A stretch of DNA of 64,000 bases from Calditrichaceae bacterium (GCA_050173015.1 JBFXLE010000007.1:64001-128000), one strand, 5' to 3'; shown: positions 47,912-59,979, counted from the stretch's first letter. Notes: generated by a model not told the origin, from the sequence alone. Numbers and translations: made by a program.

Positions 47912-49561
47912 CTATTTCATCATTGGTATTTTTAATTTGTTTTTTTCAGCAAACCGGATGGCCTCCTCATAACCCGCATCCGCATGTCTGAAAACACCAA
48001 GTCCAGGATCATTCGTTAAAACCCGCTGCAACCGAACATCCATTTCATTTGATCCATCTGCCACTATTACCTGTCCGGCATGCTGGGAATATCCAATTCC
48101 CACACCACCGCCATGATGAAATGATACCCAGGATGATCCGGAAGCGACATTGGACATAGCATTCAGTAATGGCCAGTCACTTATCGCATCGCTTCCATCC
48201 TTCATAGCTTCGGTTTCTCTGTTCGGAGACGCAACAGATCCTGTATCTAAGTGATCTCGACCAATAACCACCGGAGCTTTAATTTTTCTTTCTTTAACTA
48301 ACTTATTTAGCTCAAGACCGAAGAGGGCTCTTTCTCCATAACCAAGCCAGCATATCCTCGATGGTAATCCCTGGAAATGCACCTTCTCCCTCGCCAGTTT
48401 TATCCATCGCGCCAGCGCTTTGTTTTCCGGAAATAATTTTAGAATCAATTCGTCCGTTTTGTAAATGTCCTCCGGATCTCCTGACAACGCCACCCATCTG
48501 AAGGGTCCCTTACCTTCACAGAAAAGAGGCCTGATATAAGCCGGAACAAACCCGGGATAATCAAACGCGTTTGCCACTCCGCCCTTTTGAGCCTGCGCCC
48601 TTAAATTGTTTCCATAATCAAACGCGATCGCGCCGGCCGACTGCATATCCAATATAGCTTGGCAGTGCGCTGCCATTGCTTTATATGATTTTTTGATATA
48701 CAAAGAAGAATTTGACTTTCGTAGGTCCAGCGCTTCATCAAAAGACATTCCATTTGGAATATAACCATTTAATTCATCGTGGGATGATGTCTGATCAGTT
48801 ACCACGTCCGGTATAATCCCTTGCTTTACCATCTCAGGTAGAATATCCGCGGCATTTCCAAGCAATCCAACCGATAGTGGTTTTTTATCATCCATCGCTT
48901 TTCGGCACATGGCCATTGCCTGATTGAGGGATGTGGCGGATACGTCAAGATACCCAAACTCAATGCGTCTTTTTATTCGTACTTCATCCACCTCCACACA
49001 CAGCGCCACGCCGTTATTCATTGTGACCGCCAGAGGTTGAGCCCCGCCCATCCCGCCTAAACCGGCTGTTACCACAAGTTTACCGGTCAAATCCTGTGAA
49101 GGATATTGTTTCGCCAACGAGGCAAATGTTTCATATGTTCCCTGCAGAATCCCCTGCGTTCCGATGTAGATCCAGCTGCCGGCTGTCATTTGACCGTACA
49201 TGATCAGTCCTTTTTTCTCCAATTCTCTGAACTTATCCCATGTCGCCCAGTTTGGCACCAAATTCGAATTAGCAATCAATACTCTCGGAGAATATAGGTG
49301 AGTTTTTATTATTCCTACCGGCTTGCCGGATTGAACCAAAAGGGTTTCATCATTCTCGAGATTTTTCAGTGACGTTATTATAGCCTCATATGCTTCCCAG
49401 TTTCTTGCCGCTTTACCGCTTCCTCCGTAAACAACCAAATTATCCGGATCTTCAGCAACCTCAGGATCCAGATTATTCATAAGCATACGCATGGCAGCTT
49501 CCTGGTGCCAGCCTTTACAGGAAATTTCAGTTCCCCGCGGAGCCCGAATTATTTTTCCCAT
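47912..49561 (-). CDS. hutU: Urocanate hydratase
   Basis: [48 protein letters not shown]. Confidence 0.96.
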   Translation of the reverse strand: MGKIIRAPRGTEISCKGWHQEAAMRMLMNNLDPEVAEDPDNLVVYGGSGKAARNWEAYEAIITSLKNLENDETLLVQSGKPVGIIKTHLYSPRVLIANSNLVPNWATWDKFRELEKKGLIMYGQMTAGSWIYIGTQGILQGTYETFASLAKQYPSQDLTGKLVVTAGLGGMGGAQPLAVTMNNGVALCVEVDEVRIKRRIEFGYLDVSATSLNQAMAMCRKAMDDKKPLSVGLLGNAADILPEMVKQGIIPDVVTDQTSSHDELNGYIPNGMSFDEALDLRKSNSSLYIKKSYKAMAAHCQAILDMQSAGAIAFDYGNNLRAQAQKGGVANAFDYPGFVPAYIRPLFCEGKGPFRWVALSGDPEDIYKTDELILKLFPENKALARWIKLAREKVHFQGLPSRICWLGYGERALFGLELNKLVKERKIKAPVVIGRDHLDTGSVASPNRETEAMKDGSDAISDWPLLNAMSNVASGSSWVSFHHGGGVGIGYSQHAGQVIVADGSNEMDVRLQRVLTNDPGLGVFRHADAGYEEAIRFAEKNKLKIPMMK

Positions 49562-50684
49562 TAATTCCTCCCGTATCTTCTGCAAACACGATCTTATCTA
49601 AATAGTTTTTATTTTCGGTTAAATAGTTATATGAAAACAACGCGTATCCCGCAAAATCCATATTTGACACAAGTTTTACTCTTTGTCTGACTGCATTTTC
49701 GTTCTGATTATACGTTGAAATGCCGATGATTATTCTGTCGTTTGATTGAAGAGATTGCGCAAGGCGGATATTTTGTTTAAACGTATCATAATCGGTATTA
49801 TAATTCATTAAAAGCACTTTATCACATAAATCGTTTTTTAGCCAGGCGCCCCAATCCTGAAAATAACGGTGCCTGGCTTGAATTAAATTCGGTTTTACCG
49901 CGACAGTCAATTCGATTTTGTCATTCACCGCGTGGATATGATTTTTTATTTGGATGAGCATATTATTCATACTGTTTCTTAAAAATTCCCGGTAAATTTC
50001 ATCAATATAGATAAAGGCCTGATACCCCCTCTTTTTTGTAAAATAAGAAACATCAGAATATATTTTTTCAGGATCAATGAAATTCTGCAGCATAAATTCC
50101 GTTCGGGAGTGCGGCGAAATAGAATATTTTATGTCAGGATACCTGAAGTAATCTAGATGAATACCATCAACATGATAGATATTAATAAGATCGGATATGA
50201 ACATCTTAACTTCATGCAGATTGACCGAATCCAGGGGGCTGACAAAATAACCTTCGATTCCTTCTTTTTTCAGAGTATTATATGTCGGAATATCATTATC
50301 AGCAGCGGATCTTAATATTGAGTTTGGAGCCCTGTAAAAGATATGATTTTTGGACTCCGGCTCAATATCTCCTGTCCAAATATACAAAGTATTCAACCAT
50401 GCATGGACCTTAATATTTTTATTTTTTGCTCGCTGAACAAGTAAAGAGAATAGTGCGGGAACATCAGTTTTCTGAAGGGATGAATTATAATTTTCACCCA
50501 GCGCTCTTACCTGAACATAGATATCTGTAATATTAAGTCTTTCTGAAACATAAATAATATTATCTATCTCTTCGGTCGAAGACAGGGCATATCGAACCAC
50601 CCACATAGCGCGTTGATTTTCGCTGGCATGACAAAATGGGTTTGTTAAAAGCAGAAAGAATAAGAGATAAAAAAATCGAATCAT
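49527..50684 (-). CDS. GHL10 (DUF187)-like glycoside hydrolase
   Basis: [34 protein letters not shown]. Confidence 0.8.
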   Translation of the reverse strand: MIRFFYLLFFLLLTNPFCHASENQRAMWVVRYALSSTEEIDNIIYVSERLNITDIYVQVRALGENYNSSLQKTDVPALFSLLVQRAKNKNIKVHAWLNTLYIWTGDIEPESKNHIFYRAPNSILRSAADNDIPTYNTLKKEGIEGYFVSPLDSVNLHEVKMFISDLINIYHVDGIHLDYFRYPDIKYSISPHSRTEFMLQNFIDPEKIYSDVSYFTKKRGYQAFIYIDEIYREFLRNSMNNMLIQIKNHIHAVNDKIELTVAVKPNLIQARHRYFQDWGAWLKNDLCDKVLLMNYNTDYDTFKQNIRLAQSLQSNDRIIIGISTYNQNENAVRQRVKLVSNMDFAGYALFSYNYLTENKNYLDKIVFAEDTGGINGKNNSGSAGN

Positions 50685-50772
50685 AACAGCCTTAACTTTA
50701 TATATTTTGTTAACTTAAATATATAGCTGGTCATATATCAATGCAAGGCATTATTTACACCTCAATCTCGAG

Positions 50773-50808
50773 AAAAAAAAAGCCACCCCTTAATAAAGAG
50801 ATGGCTTT
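50773..50808 (-). terminator. Intrinsic terminator of the alpha operon
   Basis: Minus strand AAAGCCATCTCTT...AAGGGGTGGC then T9, just after rplQ. Confidence 0.8.
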
Positions 50809-50828
50809 AAAATTCGAATAAATGACAA

Positions 50829-51383
50829 TTATTCTTTTTCTTCTGTCTTACTTTCTTTTGCTTTTTTTGGCTTTTTTTCAGAAGATTCTTCTTTAACAGC
50901 TTTTTTCTCGGTTTTTTTCGTTGTTTTTTTAGCTGTTACTTTTTTTGATTCTTTTTGTTCTTCTACTGGTTCTGCTTTTTGTTCGGCTTTCTTAGTTTCT
51001 TTCTTTTTGACAGCTTCGCCGGCCTGTTCAAAACCAACTAACTGCAGTAAGCTAATAGAAGCGGCATCCCCTTTTCGATATCCCAGCCTAATGATTCGTG
51101 TATAACCGCCGTTTCTATCCTGAAATACCGGCGCCACTTCTTCAAAAAGGACTTTAACAGCTTCCTTATTCTGCAGGAATTTAAATGCCAGACGACGATG
51201 ATGAAGAGATCCTTTCTTCCCATAAGTTATAAGGCGCTCAACAAATCTTCTCACTTCTTTTGCTTTTGCATCGGTGGTTTTGATCTGTTTGTGCATGAGT
51301 ACCTGTGCAGCCATGTTGCGCATGAGTGCTTTCTTATGACTTGTCGTTCTGCCTAAATGTGTACCCTTTTTCTTGTGTTGCAT
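50829..51383 (-). CDS. rplQ: 50S ribosomal protein L17 (Lys/Glu-rich tail)
   Basis: LGRTTSHKKALMRN, RNGGYTRI. Confidence 0.97.
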   Translation of the reverse strand: MQHKKKGTHLGRTTSHKKALMRNMAAQVLMHKQIKTTDAKAKEVRRFVERLITYGKKGSLHHRRLAFKFLQNKEAVKVLFEEVAPVFQDRNGGYTRIIRLGYRKGDAASISLLQLVGFEQAGEAVKKKETKKAEQKAEPVEEQKESKKVTAKKTTKKTEKKAVKEESSEKKPKKAKESKTEEKE

Positions 51384-51404
51384 TCTGTATGTCCTTCTTT
51401 AAGC

Positions 51405-52394
51405 TTATACTTTTTCTTCAGGTTTTAAATATTTTTCAACATTCATACCGAATTGCAATCCGCGTTCTTCCAGAATTTTACCCAGTTCCATAAGAGATTT
51501 CCGACCAAAATTTTTGAATTTTAGCATCTCTTGTTCATCTCTTCGGACCAGATCGCCGATTGTTTTAATATTTGCAGCTTTTAAGCAATTGTGAGACCGC
51601 ACAGAAAGTTCCAGCTCATCCACACTCATTTTTAGCAGTTTTTTGATTCGCAGGGTTTCTTCATCAATTTCATTAACTTCTTCTTCTTCAGTATCAATAT
51701 CAAAATTAATGAACAGCTGTATATGGTCTCTTAATATTTTACCGCTATAAGTTAACGCATCATCAGGAGTTATACTTCCGTCTGTTTCAATCTCAAGAAT
51801 CAATTTTTCAAAATCTGTTCTTTGGCCTACGCGGGTATTTTCCACAAAATACCGAACGTTTAATATCGGGGAGAAAATAGAATCTATCGGTATAACACCA
51901 ATCGGCTGGTCTGCCGCTTTATTCTCTTCCGCGGTCACATATCCACGCCCACGACCTATTCTAAGCTCCATTTCAAAATTTGCGTCCTCATTCAGACTGG
52001 CAATATGAAGGTCAGGATTAAGTACTTCAAAATCATTTGTACAATCCTGAATAGTTTTGCCTGTCAGCTCTAAAGGGCCTTTTAGATTCAAAGTAACCTT
52101 GTCCGGGCGTTTATTCATTAGTTTTAATCGTACTTGCTTCAGATTAAGAATGATTTCAGTCACATCCTCATATACGCCGGGAACGGTGGTAAATTCATGT
52201 TGAATATTGTTAATTTTAATAGCGGTAATTGCTGCACCCTGCAGAGAAGAAAGCAACACTCTCCTAAACATGTTTCCAATCGTAACGCCAAATCCTTTTT
52301 CCAGTGGTTGGACATAGAATTTCCCGAAGGTACTGGAATAAGACGACTCGTCTAATTCTATCCTCTCTGGCATCTGTAAGTTAGTCCAGCTCAT
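51405..52394 (-). CDS. rpoA: RNA polymerase alpha subunit
   Basis: PLEKGFGVTIGN, RRVLLSS, LELSVRS.NCLK, NFGRKS. Confidence 0.98.
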   Translation of the reverse strand: MSWTNLQMPERIELDESSYSSTFGKFYVQPLEKGFGVTIGNMFRRVLLSSLQGAAITAIKINNIQHEFTTVPGVYEDVTEIILNLKQVRLKLMNKRPDKVTLNLKGPLELTGKTIQDCTNDFEVLNPDLHIASLNEDANFEMELRIGRGRGYVTAEENKAADQPIGVIPIDSIFSPILNVRYFVENTRVGQRTDFEKLILEIETDGSITPDDALTYSGKILRDHIQLFINFDIDTEEEEVNEIDEETLRIKKLLKMSVDELELSVRSHNCLKAANIKTIGDLVRRDEQEMLKFKNFGRKSLMELGKILEERGLQFGMNVEKYLKPEEKV

Positions 52395-52426
52395 TATTCA
52401 CCCATTCTTTTATTTTTTTGTTGCCA

Positions 52427-53041
52427 CTACTTAGAGTATAACTCAACAATCATATTTTCTTGAACATTTACAGGAATATCCGCGCGTTCCGGCCTTTGGA
52501 TAAAACTACCTTTTAACTGGGCCTTATCCAGAGTCAGCCAGGGATACATATTCTCCGCGCGAACTTTTTTCATGGCATCATGAACGACAGCAAGCCGACG
52601 ACTTTTCTCTCTGATCTGAACCTCATCACCCGGCTTCAAAAGAAATGACGGTATATTTACAACACGGCCGTTCACTGTGACATGCTTATGTAACACTATT
52701 TGTCTTGCCTGAGATCTTGAGACAGCAAATCCCAAACGATAAACAGTATTGTCCAGACGACTTTCGAGAATCTTTAGCAGATTTTCTCCGGTCACGCCTT
52801 TCATACGTTCCGCCTTTACAAAATAATTATGGAATTGTCTTTCCAGCAGTCCGTACATAATTTTTAATTTTTGTTTTTCTCTAAGCTGTAGTCCGTAATC
52901 GGAAATCTTTTTTCTTCCCATCCCGTGCTGTCCCGGAGGATAGGGTTTATTATTCAAAATTTTATCAAATTTTGGATTTCCAAATATATTTTCACCGAAT
53001 TTACGGACAAGTTTCGCTTTAGGTCCTGTATATCTTGCCAT
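52427..53041 (-). CDS. rpsD: 30S ribosomal protein S4
   Basis: MARYTGP, PPGQHG, LESRLDN. Confidence 0.98.
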   Translation of the reverse strand: MARYTGPKAKLVRKFGENIFGNPKFDKILNNKPYPPGQHGMGRKKISDYGLQLREKQKLKIMYGLLERQFHNYFVKAERMKGVTGENLLKILESRLDNTVYRLGFAVSRSQARQIVLHKHVTVNGRVVNIPSFLLKPGDEVQIREKSRRLAVVHDAMKKVRAENMYPWLTLDKAQLKGSFIQRPERADIPVNVQENMIVELYSK

Positions 53042-53062
53042 TAACTAAACTCCAAATTAGGG

Positions 53063-53455
53063 TTATACACGTCTCTTTTTAGGTGGTCTGCAACCATTAT
53101 GCGGGATTGGGGTCACATCCTTAATCGTGGAAATTTCCAATCCAGCCGCCTGTAAAGACCTAATCGCTGCTTCTCTTCCTGAACCCGGTCCCTTTACTTC
53201 GACGTCTACACTGCGCAACCCGAGGTCCATTGCGGTTTTGCTTGCATTTTCTGCGGCAACCTGAGCTGCGAACGGAGTGTTTTTCCTTGATCCTTTAAAA
53301 CCAACATGTCCGGCACTAGCCCAGGAGATAACATTTCCATAATTATCAGTTATCGAAACGATGGTATTATTAAAGGTAGATTTGATATGTGCCTTGCCAT
53401 GCGGTTCAACACGCTCTTTTTTCTTGACCTTTTTTCTAGCCTTAGGTGAAGCCAA
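53063..53455 (-). CDS. rpsK: 30S ribosomal protein S11
   Basis: [27 protein letters not shown]. Confidence 0.98.
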   Translation of the reverse strand: MASPKARKKVKKKERVEPHGKAHIKSTFNNTIVSITDNYGNVISWASAGHVGFKGSRKNTPFAAQVAAENASKTAMDLGLRSVDVEVKGPGSGREAAIRSLQAAGLEISTIKDVTPIPHNGCRPPKKRRV

Positions 53456-53476
53456 ATCACGCCTCCTGAATTATAA

Positions 53477-53848
53477 TTATTTTTTCTTTCCGCCACTAAC
53501 AAGTCTTTTGCGGCCTTTACGAGTGCGCGCATTTGTTTTTGTTCTCTGACCATGTACTGGTAATCCGCGATGGTGACGATACCCTCTCACAGAATTAATA
53601 TCCATCAACCTTTTAATGTTCATATTAATTTCTGCTTTGAGCGCACCTTCAACCTTATGCTCTGTCTGAATGATCGTACGAATCTTTTTCACTTCATCTT
53701 CAGTCAGATCTTTAACCCGGGTATTTACATCGACTCCGGAATCCTTACAGATTTTTTCTGAAGAGGTTTTACCAATACCGTATATATAGGTTAAACCGAT
53801 AACTACGCGCTTGTTTTTCGGTAAATCAACACCAGCGATACGAGCCAA
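53477..53848 (-). CDS. rpsM: 30S ribosomal protein S13
   Basis: [25 protein letters not shown]. Confidence 0.98.
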   Translation of the reverse strand: MARIAGVDLPKNKRVVIGLTYIYGIGKTSSEKICKDSGVDVNTRVKDLTEDEVKKIRTIIQTEHKVEGALKAEINMNIKRLMDINSVRGYRHHRGLPVHGQRTKTNARTRKGRKRLVSGGKKK

Positions 53849-53865
53849 AACTGCCTCCTTAAAAT

Positions 53866-53982
53866 TTAACCTTGACGCTGTTTATGTTTTGGATTTTTAC
53901 TACAAATTACTCTTACAACACCCTTGCGACGAATTATTTTACAACCGTCACATATTTTTTTAACTGAGGCCTGTACTTTCAT
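53866..53982 (-). CDS. rpmJ: 50S ribosomal protein L36 (below the ORF-track cutoff)
   Basis: Translated by hand: [38 protein letters not shown]. Confidence 0.97.
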   Translation of the reverse strand: MKVQASVKKICDGCKIIRRKGVVRVICSKNPKHKQRQG

Positions 53983-53994
53983 CTTCAATCCTTA

Positions 53995-54216
53995 TTATTT
54001 ATAACGATACACTATTCTTCCCCTGGACAAATCGTAGGGGGATAGTTCCATGCTTACTTTGTCTCCGGGTAATATTTTTATAAAATGCATTCTCATTTTG
54101 CCGGAAATATATGCTAACACCTCATGTCCGTTTTCAAGGGTCACGATAAAAGAAGCATTTGGCAGTGTTTCCTTTATAATTCCATCAACTCTGATTGCCT
54201 CTTGCTTTTTTGCCAA
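53995..54216 (-). CDS. infA: Translation initiation factor IF-1
   Basis: [25 protein letters not shown]. Confidence 0.98.
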   Translation of the reverse strand: MAKKQEAIRVDGIIKETLPNASFIVTLENGHEVLAYISGKMRMHFIKILPGDKVSMELSPYDLSRGRIVYRYK

Positions 54217-54231
54217 ATTAATACTCCTTAC

Positions 54232-54981
54232 TTAATTAACCATTGTTAAAATTTTGGGTCCATCCTTCAATATTGCTATAGAATGCTCATAATGGGCGGA
54301 AGGTTTTCCGTCAAGTGTCTTCACAGTCCACTGATCATCCATTATATATACTTTATATGTCCCCAAATTAACCATTGGTTCAATGGCTATGACCATTCCA
54401 ATCTTTAATTTCGGACCCTTTCCCTTTACTCCATAATTGGGTATTTGAGGGTCCTCATGAGGTTCAATACCAACTCCATGACCAACCAGGTCTCTGACAA
54501 TTGAATACCCATGTTTTTCTACATGGTTCTGAACCGCTGCTGAAATATCACCAACCCGGTTACCTTCTCTTGCCTGCTCTATTCCAAGGTACAAACTTTC
54601 TTCGGTTACTTTACAGAGGTTTTTGGTTTCCGGCGAAACATTTCCTACCAGAAAAGTTTTTGCGCCGTCACCATAGTAACCATCAAGCTCAACCCCGACA
54701 TCAATGCCTACAATATCACCATCTGCCAATTTTTTTTCACCTGGAATTCCGTGAACCACCTCATCATTTAATGAGATACATGCCGCGGCCGGAAAACCAT
54801 ATAAACCCTTGAATGCAGGTCGCGCATTCTTACTTAATATGAAATTCTCTATTTCTTTATTAAGAATATTTGTGGTAACACCGGGTTCTATATATTTTTC
54901 AATGAACTTTAGCGATTCAGCAAGGATGATATTACTTTTTTCTATCTTATTTATTTCTTTTTCTGATTTTATATAAATCAT
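54232..54981 (-). CDS. map: Type I methionine aminopeptidase
   Basis: NDEVVHGIP, GHGVG..PHEDP, AIEPM, SAHYEH. Confidence 0.97.
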   Translation of the reverse strand: MIYIKSEKEINKIEKSNIILAESLKFIEKYIEPGVTTNILNKEIENFILSKNARPAFKGLYGFPAAACISLNDEVVHGIPGEKKLADGDIVGIDVGVELDGYYGDGAKTFLVGNVSPETKNLCKVTEESLYLGIEQAREGNRVGDISAAVQNHVEKHGYSIVRDLVGHGVGIEPHEDPQIPNYGVKGKGPKLKIGMVIAIEPMVNLGTYKVYIMDDQWTVKTLDGKPSAHYEHSIAILKDGPKILTMVN

Positions 54982-54991
54982 AACCGACTAC

Positions 54992-56317
54992 TTATTTCCG
55001 CCCTCTGAGCTTGCCGGATTTCATAAAACCGTCATAGTGACGCATAAATAAATGAGATTCCACCTGTTGCAAGAAATCAAGCGCTACACCCACAATAATC
55101 AACAGCCCTGTACCTCCGTAAAATGAGGCGAGACTGTAAGGAATATTGAACCATTTGGCCAGCATCGCCGGTACAATGGCGATAATTGCAAGGAATATTG
55201 ACGCAGGTAACGTTATCCGTGTCAATATATTATCCAAGAACTCAGAAGTTCTTTTTCCAGGACGAACACCCGGAATAAAACCACCCTGCTTTTTCAAATT
55301 ATCCGCGACATCAACAGGATTTAAAGCGATGGCGGTATAAAAATAGGTAAAGAAAACGATCATTACACCATAAACAATCCAGTAAAACCATGACTCCATC
55401 GAAAATAGACCCTGTAGCGTAATCATGAATTCACTTTCGGGCATAAAAGTCAGCACTGTTGTCGGAACAAACATGATTGCCTGAGCAAAGATAATCGGCA
55501 TAACTCCGGCGGTATTGACTTTCATTGGAAAATGGGTATTGGTGCCTCCGTATACTTTTCTCCCCACCACTCTTTTTGCATACTGAACCGGAATTTTTCT
55601 GGTTCCCTGAGTAAGTAGAACCACAAAGTAGATAATCGCAAAAGCAAGTGCCAAAAGCGCGGCTTCAGCGAGTAGCCCGCGTTCACCACTTGAGAAATGT
55701 ATATATTCTTCCGATAAAGCGCTCGGTAAGCTGGCAATAATACCTATAAAGATGATAAGAGAAATACCATTACCAATACCTCGATCATCTATTTGTTCAC
55801 CAAGCCACATGATAAGCATGGTTCCGGAGGCCATGGAAATCATTGTCATTAATTGAAATCCTATACCCGGATCGGGTACGGCGAGCCTGCCGTCCGCAAT
55901 CTGAATACTCTGCAGAAATATAGCAACACCATAAGCCTGCATGGCAGAAATCAACAATGTGCCATAACGGGTATACTGAATGATTTTTTTTCGGCCTTCT
56001 TCACCTTCTTTTTGAAGCTTCTGAAAGTGCGGAACTACGGCTCCCAGCAGCTGAATAATAATGGATGCGCTGATATAGGGCATAATACCCAGCCCGAAAA
56101 TAGCTGCCTTGCTAAACGCGCCGCCGGCAAACAAGTCATACAGACCAAATAAAGTACCTTGTAAGTTCTTAAATCCTTCTGCCAACACACTTGTATCGAT
56201 TCCCGGCGTAACGATATGGGTACCGATTCGCTCGATACCTAAAATCATCAATGTAAAAAAAATACGCCTTCTCAATTCACCGATCTTGAATATATTTCTA
56301 AAAGTATCGAGTATCAT
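54992..56317 (-). CDS. secY: Preprotein translocase SecY
   Basis: LGIMPYISASII, GIGNGISLIIF, AGVMPIIFA, FIPGVRPG. Confidence 0.98.
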   Translation of the reverse strand: MILDTFRNIFKIGELRRRIFFTLMILGIERIGTHIVTPGIDTSVLAEGFKNLQGTLFGLYDLFAGGAFSKAAIFGLGIMPYISASIIIQLLGAVVPHFQKLQKEGEEGRKKIIQYTRYGTLLISAMQAYGVAIFLQSIQIADGRLAVPDPGIGFQLMTMISMASGTMLIMWLGEQIDDRGIGNGISLIIFIGIIASLPSALSEEYIHFSSGERGLLAEAALLALAFAIIYFVVLLTQGTRKIPVQYAKRVVGRKVYGGTNTHFPMKVNTAGVMPIIFAQAIMFVPTTVLTFMPESEFMITLQGLFSMESWFYWIVYGVMIVFFTYFYTAIALNPVDVADNLKKQGGFIPGVRPGKRTSEFLDNILTRITLPASIFLAIIAIVPAMLAKWFNIPYSLASFYGGTGLLIIVGVALDFLQQVESHLFMRHYDGFMKSGKLRGRK

Positions 56318-56754
56318 GATAGCGTAACGGTGCCTCCTAATTTTTCGATCTTTTCCCTGGCTGATTTGCTGATGGCATCAATCGTTAAATTGACTTTCGA
56401 TTTCAATTCACCGTTACCGAGAATTTTTACAGGCACATTTTTTTTACGAATAAGCCCGTTCTGTAATAAAATCTCCCTGGTAATCATCTCTGAACCGGAT
56501 ACTTTCTCAAGATCTCCGACATTTACAACCTGATGGGTTATTTTATTGATATTTGTAAAACCAAATTTTGGTAAACGACGTTGCAGAGGCATCTGGCCAC
56601 CTTCAAACCAGGCTCTTTGTTTCGCGCCGCCTCTGGAACCATAACCTTTATGTCCTCTACCTGCGGTTACCGCGAGACCTGAACCTTCACCCCGGCCACG
56701 TCTTTTTTTCTTTTTGGTTGCCCCACTCGCAGGACGTAATGTACTTAAATCCAT
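56314..56754 (-). CDS. rplO: 50S ribosomal protein L15
   Basis: GRGEGSG, FEGGQMPL.RRLPKFGF. Confidence 0.97.
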   Translation of the reverse strand: MDLSTLRPASGATKKKKRRGRGEGSGLAVTAGRGHKGYGSRGGAKQRAWFEGGQMPLQRRLPKFGFTNINKITHQVVNVGDLEKVSGSEMITREILLQNGLIRKKNVPVKILGNGELKSKVNLTIDAISKSAREKIEKLGGTVTLS

Positions 56755-56782
56755 AATTGAACTATCCCCTATACAATATATT

Positions 56783-56980
56783 CTATTTTACTTCTTCCAC
56801 ATTGACAAGATGCTTAACTTTATTAACCATTCCGAGGATTTGTGGAGTGGCATCATGCACCACGCTATGATTTAATTTTTTGATACCCAATGCTTCAATA
56901 GTCAATTTCTGACCTTTGGGATAGCCTATTGCACTTTTTTTCTGGGTAATCTTTATTTTTTTTAACTTACTTGTTGCCAT
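56783..56980 (-). CDS. rpmD: 50S ribosomal protein L30
   Basis: KITQKKSAIG, GMVNKVKHLV; synteny. Confidence 0.96.
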   Translation of the reverse strand: MATSKLKKIKITQKKSAIGYPKGQKLTIEALGIKKLNHSVVHDATPQILGMVNKVKHLVNVEEVK

Positions 56981-57004
56981 TATTAATATCCTTGAAATTA
57001 GCTG

Positions 57005-57511
57005 TTAACCATGAAATAACTTGCCAAGCGAAATATTTCTTCTCTTCGCAACTTCTTCAGCACTCATCATATTTTTAAGAGCATAAAATGTCGCTTTGCT
57101 GAGATTGTGCGGGTTTGAAGAACCGATCGATTTGGTCAAAATATCAGTAATTCCCGCCATTTCGCAAATTGCGCGGACCGGACCACCGGCAATAACTCCT
57201 GTACCGGGTGAAGCCGGATTTAAGGAGACATAACCAGCGCCGTATTTAGCATTGACCGGATATGAAATCGTACCATTTATCAGTGATACTTTAGTTAGAT
57301 TTTTTTTAGCCTGATCAGTGGCTTTTGAGATAGCATTAATAACTTCATTGGCTTTACCTAAACCAAGACCTATAATGCCACTTCCATCGCCAACTACAAC
57401 AATGGCATTGAACGAGAAGCGCCGACCGCCTTTTAATACTTTGGCGACACGGTTGATATAAACCACCTTCTCTTTTAAATCTAATTCACCTGGATTAATT
57501 CGTTCAACCAC
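57005..57511 (-). CDS. rpsE: 30S ribosomal protein S5
   Basis: [24 protein letters not shown]. Confidence 0.98.
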   Translation of the reverse strand: MVERINPGELDLKEKVVYINRVAKVLKGGRRFSFNAIVVVGDGSGIIGLGLGKANEVINAISKATDQAKKNLTKVSLINGTISYPVNAKYGAGYVSLNPASPGTGVIAGGPVRAICEMAGITDILTKSIGSSNPHNLSKATFYALKNMMSAEEVAKRRNISLGKLFHG

Positions 57512-57528
57512 CGTTCACTCCCTATAAT

Positions 57529-57861
57529 TTAAAAATCCAAGCCACCTTCACGGGCACCATCGGCGAACGATTTTACACGCCCATGATAAAGATAACTGTT
57601 TCTGTCAAAAACTACTTTTGACACATTTTTCTTTTTTGCTTCTTCAGCCAGCAATTTACCGACAATAAAAGCTTTTTCTTTTTTTGATTTGGCTTTTTTC
57701 AGAGCATCTTTGACTGATTTACTTATATCAGACAGCCCTAATAACACCTTTTTCTGGGAATCGTCAACGATTTGCCCATGCATATATCTCAGGCTTCTAA
57801 AAACCACTAAACGCGGTCTTTCAGTTGTACCGAATATCCTTTTTTTACTTTTCTCAGGCAT
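57529..57861 (-). CDS. rplR: 50S ribosomal protein L18
   Basis: GTTERPRLVVFRS, VVFDR..YLYHGRV, AREGGL. Confidence 0.96.
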   Translation of the reverse strand: MPEKSKKRIFGTTERPRLVVFRSLRYMHGQIVDDSQKKVLLGLSDISKSVKDALKKAKSKKEKAFIVGKLLAEEAKKKNVSKVVFDRNSYLYHGRVKSFADGAREGGLDF

Positions 57862-57880
57862 CTTAATCGTTCCTATCTAC

Positions 57881-58420
57881 TTATTTTCCTGCCGTTTTTC
57901 CAGCCTTGCGACGTATATGTTCGCCGGCATATTTCACGCCTTTGCCTTTGTAGGGCTCTGGCTTTCTGTAACTGCGAAGCTTGGATGCGATCATTCCCAC
58001 CAATTCTTTATTTATACCCGAAATTTGTATTTCATTCGGACCGGGAACATTTATCGTTATACCCTCAGGTGCAGAAAAAACGATCGGATGAGAAAAACCT
58101 AAATGGAGTACAAGACGACTACCCTTGGTTTCAGCCTTATATCCAACACCAACAATTTCAAGTTTCTTTGTAAAACCGTTTGATACACCTTCAACCATAT
58201 TCGCAATCAGAGTACGGGTTAATCCATGCAATGAGCGACTAACCTTTTCATCATTCATTCTGGAAACCACAATCTCTTTATTTTCAATCACAATATTGAT
58301 CTGCTCTACGAACTGACGGCTCAGCTCGCCTTTTGGTCCTTTAACAGTCAATATTTTATTATCCAGATTAACATTAACGTTATCCGGAATCTGAACTGGT
58401 AATTTGCCGATTCTCGACAC
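57881..58420 (-). CDS. rplF: 50S ribosomal protein L6
   Basis: MSRIGK, PEPYKGKG. Confidence 0.98.
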   Translation of the reverse strand: MSRIGKLPVQIPDNVNVNLDNKILTVKGPKGELSRQFVEQINIVIENKEIVVSRMNDEKVSRSLHGLTRTLIANMVEGVSNGFTKKLEIVGVGYKAETKGSRLVLHLGFSHPIVFSAPEGITINVPGPNEIQISGINKELVGMIASKLRSYRKPEPYKGKGVKYAGEHIRRKAGKTAGK

Positions 58421-58444
58421 TTTATTGTCTCCTATTCCTTCATA

Positions 58445-58843
58445 TTACCAAACGTAACATAAAATTTCGCCACCAACGTGTTGTCTTTTTGCTTCACGAG
58501 CAGTAATTACACCTTTAGGAGTTGTCATAATCGCAATACCTAAATTATTTTTTACCCTGGGTAAATTCTCTACAGGAACATATTGTCTTCTTCCAGGCTT
58601 GCTTACTCTCGTTAAATTCTGAATGATTGGATTTTTATACTGATCGTATTTCAACCAGATTCGTATAAGACCCTGTTTACCATCATCAACTACAACATAT
58701 TTTGCTATATATCCTTGTTCGAGCAAGATACGGCTCATCTGACGTTTAACGTTAGATGACGGTATATCCACATATTTGTGTTTGGCATGCAGCCCATTTC
58801 TTATTCTTGTCAAAAAGTCTGCAATTGGATCTGTCATTGACAT
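58445..58843 (-). CDS. rpsH: 30S ribosomal protein S8
   Basis: DPIADFLTRIRN, SKPGRR.Y, GGEI. Confidence 0.98.
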   Translation of the reverse strand: MSMTDPIADFLTRIRNGLHAKHKYVDIPSSNVKRQMSRILLEQGYIAKYVVVDDGKQGLIRIWLKYDQYKNPIIQNLTRVSKPGRRQYVPVENLPRVKNNLGIAIMTTPKGVITAREAKRQHVGGEILCYVW

Positions 58844-58867
58844 TTATTTATTCTCCTTCAATTGGGT

Positions 58868-59053
58868 TTACCAGCTTGCCTTGGTAACGCCCGGTATTTC
58901 ACCTTGTAAAGCTAATTGTCTGAAGCAAAGACGGCAGATTCCATATTTCCGGAGATATCCCCGTGGACGGCCGCATCTATTACAACGGTTATATTCACGC
59001 ACTTTAAATTTTTGCTTACTTTTAGACTTTTCAATCAAACATTTCTTTGCCAA
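58868..59053 (-). CDS. rpsN: 30S ribosomal protein S14, zinc-binding type
   Basis: 61 aa, CNRCGRP...CRLCFR, ASW. Confidence 0.97.
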   Translation of the reverse strand: MAKKCLIEKSKSKQKFKVREYNRCNRCGRPRGYLRKYGICRLCFRQLALQGEIPGVTKASW

Positions 59054-59068
59054 AGCACACCTCTTATC

Positions 59069-59629
59069 TTAATTTTCCTGTTTCTTGAAAGGGAAACCCA
59101 GTGACCTTAATAGCTCATAAGCTTCTTCATCGGTTTTCGCAGTGCTTACAAAAGTGACATCCAAACCGCGAATTTTATCAATTTTATCAACGTTAATCTC
59201 AGGGAAAATTATCTGTTCTTTGATCCCCAATGTATAATTGCCTCTGCCATCGAATGATTTATCAGAGTAACCTCTGAAATCCCTGATACGAGGAACAGCG
59301 ATACTGATAAAGCGATCAAGAAAATCAAACATCATCTTATTACGTAATGTGACACGGCAGCCTATCTTCATTCCCTGACGAAGCTTGAAATTTGAAATCG
59401 ATTTCTTCGCAGTTGTTATCGCCGGCTTCTGGCCACTGATAACTGTCAGATCACTTACAGCGCCTTCCAGGACTTTCGCGTCCTGAATCGCATCACCAAC
59501 ACCGACATTAAGACTAATTTTTACCAATTTGGGAACTTCATTTATATTTTTATACCCAAATTTTTTCATCATGTGAGGCACAACTTCGTTTTTATATTGA
59601 TCGAACAACCTCGGTACGTATTCAGCCAT
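59069..59629 (-). CDS. rplE: 50S ribosomal protein L5
   Basis: [28 protein letters not shown]. Confidence 0.98.
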   Translation of the reverse strand: MAEYVPRLFDQYKNEVVPHMMKKFGYKNINEVPKLVKISLNVGVGDAIQDAKVLEGAVSDLTVISGQKPAITTAKKSISNFKLRQGMKIGCRVTLRNKMMFDFLDRFISIAVPRIRDFRGYSDKSFDGRGNYTLGIKEQIIFPEINVDKIDKIRGLDVTFVSTAKTDEEAYELLRSLGFPFKKQEN

Positions 59630-59652
59630 TTTTAACCTCTAAATATTCCGTG

Positions 59653-59979
59653 CTATACGTTAACTGATATTATTTCGCCGCAATCTTTATTTTTGCAGAA
59701 CCTTACCTTGGAGCCATCATCCAGAAAACGATAGCCTACACGGGTTGGTTTATTACATTTACCACAAACCAGCACGACATTGGAAATGTGTATGGGGGCT
59801 TCTTTTTCAACAATGCCGCCCTGTGTATTTTTTTGTGACGGACGGGTATGCTTTTTAATAATGTTTACACCCTCAACAATTACCCGGTCCTTATCAGGGA
59901 AAACTTTAAGTACTTTACTTATCTTTCCCTTATATTTGCCTGAAACCACTTTAATAGTGTCGTTTTTAACTACTCTCAT
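59653..59979 (-). CDS. rplX: 50S ribosomal protein L24
   Basis: [20 protein letters not shown]. Confidence 0.97.
   Translation of the reverse strand: MRVVKNDTIKVVSGKYKGKISKVLKVFPDKDRVIVEGVNIIKKHTRPSQKNTQGGIVEKEAPIHISNVVLVCGKCNKPTRVGYRFLDDGSKVRFCKNKDCGEIISVNV

Noticed and set aside
54981-54992. Absence of adk between secY and map
   Set aside because: This order is common in FCB-related bacteria, so it is not a novel loss.
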